The translations under genes and the position numbers were made by a program. 64,000 nt of DNA, from the NCBI RefSeq assembly GCF_009834535.1, contig NC_045697.1:14200001-14264000 (forward strand), in the 5' to 3' direction. Position 1 is the first letter of the stretch. Each line of letters starts with the position of its first letter. The stretch is from Camelus ferus. Lineage: Eukaryota. Under the pieces are notes generated by a model. That model was not told where the DNA came from, ran no database searches, and saw nothing but the letters and a program-made list of their open reading frames with translations. This document shows positions 61,436 through 64,000 of this stretch, piece by piece.

Positions 61436-62340
61436 TTTTTAAATTTATTGAAGTATAGTTGATTTACATTATTAGTTTCAGGCATACAACACAGTGACTC
61501 AATATTTCTACAGATTACACACATTCAAAGTTATCATGAAATACTCACTATATTCTCTGCGCTGTACATTGCATCCTTCTGACTTATTTACATTGTAACT
61601 AGCAGTTTGTACATCTTATTCCCCTTCATCTGTCTTGCTCCTCCCTCTCCCCTTCTCCCCTCTCTTACCACTACTTTGTTCTCTGTACTTTTGAGTCTGT
61701 TTCTGTTTTATTAAAATTGTTCGTTTGTTTTAATTTTTAGATTCCACATGTCAATAAAAACATGCATTGTTTTTTTCTCTGAGTTATTTCACCAAGCACA
61801 ATACCCTCCAGGTCCATCCACGTTGTTGCAAATGGCAAGATTTTATTCTTTTCTGTGGGGTGAGTGACATTCCATTGCATGTATATGCCACATCTTCTTT
61901 ATCCTTTCAGCTCTCCATGGGCACCTAGATCACCCTCATATCCTGACTATTGTAAATAATGCTGCTATGAGCACTGGGGTGCACGTAGCTCTTCAAATTA
62001 GTGTTTTCATTTTCTTTGGACATACACCCAGCAGTGCAATTGCTAGCTCATATGGCAGTTCTACTGTTGGCTTTTTGAGGAACCTCCGTACTATTTTCTG
62101 TAAGAGCAGCACCAATTTATATGACCACCAGCAGTGTGCTAGGGCTCCCTTTTCTCCACACCCTCCCTGACATTTGGTCTTCCACGACAGCCGTTCTGAC
62201 AGGTGTGAGGTGATATCTCATTGTGGGTTTGATGTGCATTTCCCAGATGATTACTGTTCGTGAACATCTTTTCATGTGGCTGTTGGCCATCTGTGTGGCA
62301 TGTTTCTTCCTTGGAAAATGTCTACTCAGGTCTTCTGCCT
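61436..62340 (-). mobile_element. LINE-1 3' portion (~900 bp)
   Basis: tttattgaagtatagttgatttaca...ttttgaggaacctccgtactattttc...ttctgacaggtgtgaggtgatatctcattgtgg; antisense ORF2 C-terminus plus 3' UTR. Confidence 0.9.
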
Positions 62341-62570
62341 ATTTTTTTTTTATATTTAGTTATTTTTTTTATTGAAGAGTAGTTTATTTACAAAGTTAGT
62401 TTCATGTGAACAGCGAAGTGATTCAGTTATACATATACATTTTTTTTCAGATTCTTTTCCATTGCATCTCATTACAAGGAAATAAATGTGGTTCCCTGTG
62501 CTATACAGTAGGTCCTTGTTGTTTATCTATTTTATATACAGTAATGGGTATCTACTAATCCCAAACTCCT
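62341..62570 (-). mobile_element. Second short LINE-1 3' end abutting the previous L1
   Basis: New T-rich tail, then ttgaagagtagtttatttacaa...ttccctgtgctatacagtaggtccttgttgtttatctattttatataca...cccaaactcc. Confidence 0.85.
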
Positions 62571-63419
62571 ATTTTTTTTGGAGGCAACTGCACAGAAGGG
62601 AGATTCCAAACCCAACCAGGACATGTGAGAGCATCTGCATCCAGTGCTGTGGTTACTATATTGGAACCACCTCCACTCAGTGGTTTCCTCCTGAATCATA
62701 ACCCAAACCACTCTCCTGTTTTTCAGAATTCCTGGTTAGCTAAGTGGTCCCACTGACCACATAGACATCTTCTAGTCCGTTCAGTGCTTCTAATCCTAGT
62801 CCCTACCACATGTGCTGTCAAGGATGACATGGTGCAGGGGTCTCTTCCTCTGTCCAGCTCTCTGGACCACAGGCCCCAAGCCACATAGGCACGCTCTCTT
62901 CCTTTCCAAACCTCACCCCAAACTCTCTACTTTGCTTCACATGACAATGGTGACTCAACTCTGCCCATTTGGACTCTGTGTACGTCTTTAGCGTCTTGAT
63001 TCTTCTTCAAATTGGACCAAAATCTTCTTTCACTTCACTCTTTTGTAACTTTTTTTTTGCTTTGTTTGACAGTATTTAGAGCCAGTTATTTTTAAAAATC
63101 TTCTCAGTAACCCTTCGCCTTTTTCTATTGGGACCAGCATTGGGAAATACTTTCAATACGAAATAAGAATTAAACTGAACAGCCCATTAAGTGTGCTGCT
63201 GTGGGCTTCGTTGGTGCTTCCCACATTGGAAACCCACTGGGCATTCACACGCAGGCCAAGACCACAGTATTCAGTGACGTCTCTTCATCTTCCAAATTTT
63301 AGAAGACCCTTTTAAAAATATAACTTTTTAAAAATACCATGTGCTTTAATTGATACAGCAAAGTCTTCCCTGTCTGGATTCTCAAACTCCAATATTCTAA
63401 CAAGATGATTAATACAGAC

Positions 63420-63640
63420 CCAGAAGCTGTGTGAAAGGGGCTTGAGATTCAAATCCAAGTTCCTAGCCAAGGAAGACTAAGGAAGTTTCTTCCCCGTTTT
63501 GAATCTTTGGTCAGTATCTGTAAAATGGGGATAAAAATGTCTATGTCACAGGCTCTGGGACAGATGAACGGTAAGATAAAGAAGATGGCCAGTACGATGA
63601 CTGGTATATGAAAGGTGCTTAATGAAGAGTTACGATTATT
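63420..63640 (+). mobile_element. MIR SINE
   Basis: gattcaaatccaagttcc...tatctgtaaaatggggataaaaatgtctatgtcacaggct. Confidence 0.65.
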
Positions 63641-64000
63641 TTCAGTCTTTCAGGACAGTGTGTTTTATTTTCCAGTGATGAGTCTGCCCTTTCTTCCCTT
63701 TGGACTGGGAATTTACGAGCCCAGTGTCCTGACACTGATTAGTTCATGCTGACCAAAAGCTATGATCAGCAGTTATAGACATCTGTACTTGAAATCAAGA
63801 CAATAAATTATTTGGGGGTGTAGAGTGGAGCGAATTTTTCACACGATGCAGCCCATAGGTGAAAAATGGCACAAATGAATGATGACAAGTGGATGTTATT
63901 AAAGAGCTGGGGTCTTGGAGTCTCTGTCTGACCACAAGCAAGTTTTCGAACTGCTCTGAGATTTGGGTTCATCCTCTGAGAATGTTAATATATGTGCCTT

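Noticed and set aside
38800..64000. Next gene or promoter downstream of SLIT2
   Set aside because: No CpG island, recognisable exons or non-repeat protein-like ORFs; the region is largely explained by repeats.
1..64000. CRISPR arrays, operons or other prokaryote-style systems
   Set aside because: The sequence is eukaryotic intron/exon DNA with mammalian repeats; no repeat-spacer array or long uninterrupted ORFs.

Overview
Mammalian genomic DNA, most likely a camelid (camel, alpaca or llama): it carries a Vic-1-like tRNA-derived SINE and I saw no Alu, Bov-tA/BovB or PRE-1. The window holds the 3' end of SLIT2 on the + strand. Eight coding exons (human-equivalent exons 30-37, 11384-37274) all have GT-AG boundaries and join in one continuous frame, encoding EGF4-6, the laminin-G domain, EGF7-9 and the C-terminal cystine knot. 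A ~1.5 kb 3' UTR follows. Bases 1-11383 are intronic, and ~38.8-64 kb looks intergenic and repeat-rich (L1, L2, MIR, MaLR/ERV LTRs, DNA-transposon relics). Nearly all entries in the ORF track are chance or repeat-derived ORFs. I found no convincing novel biological system. The most notable observations are modest: an apparently degenerate proximal poly(A) signal, two miR-218 seed sites in the UTR of the miR-218-1 host gene, a one-codon insertion and strong GC3 patchiness in SLIT2 exons, a 5'-inverted (twin-primed) L1, and a candidate intronic enhancer. Repeat family names and human comparisons are from memory, and repeat boundaries are approximate unless target-site duplications (TSDs) or terminal inverted repeats (TIRs) are given.
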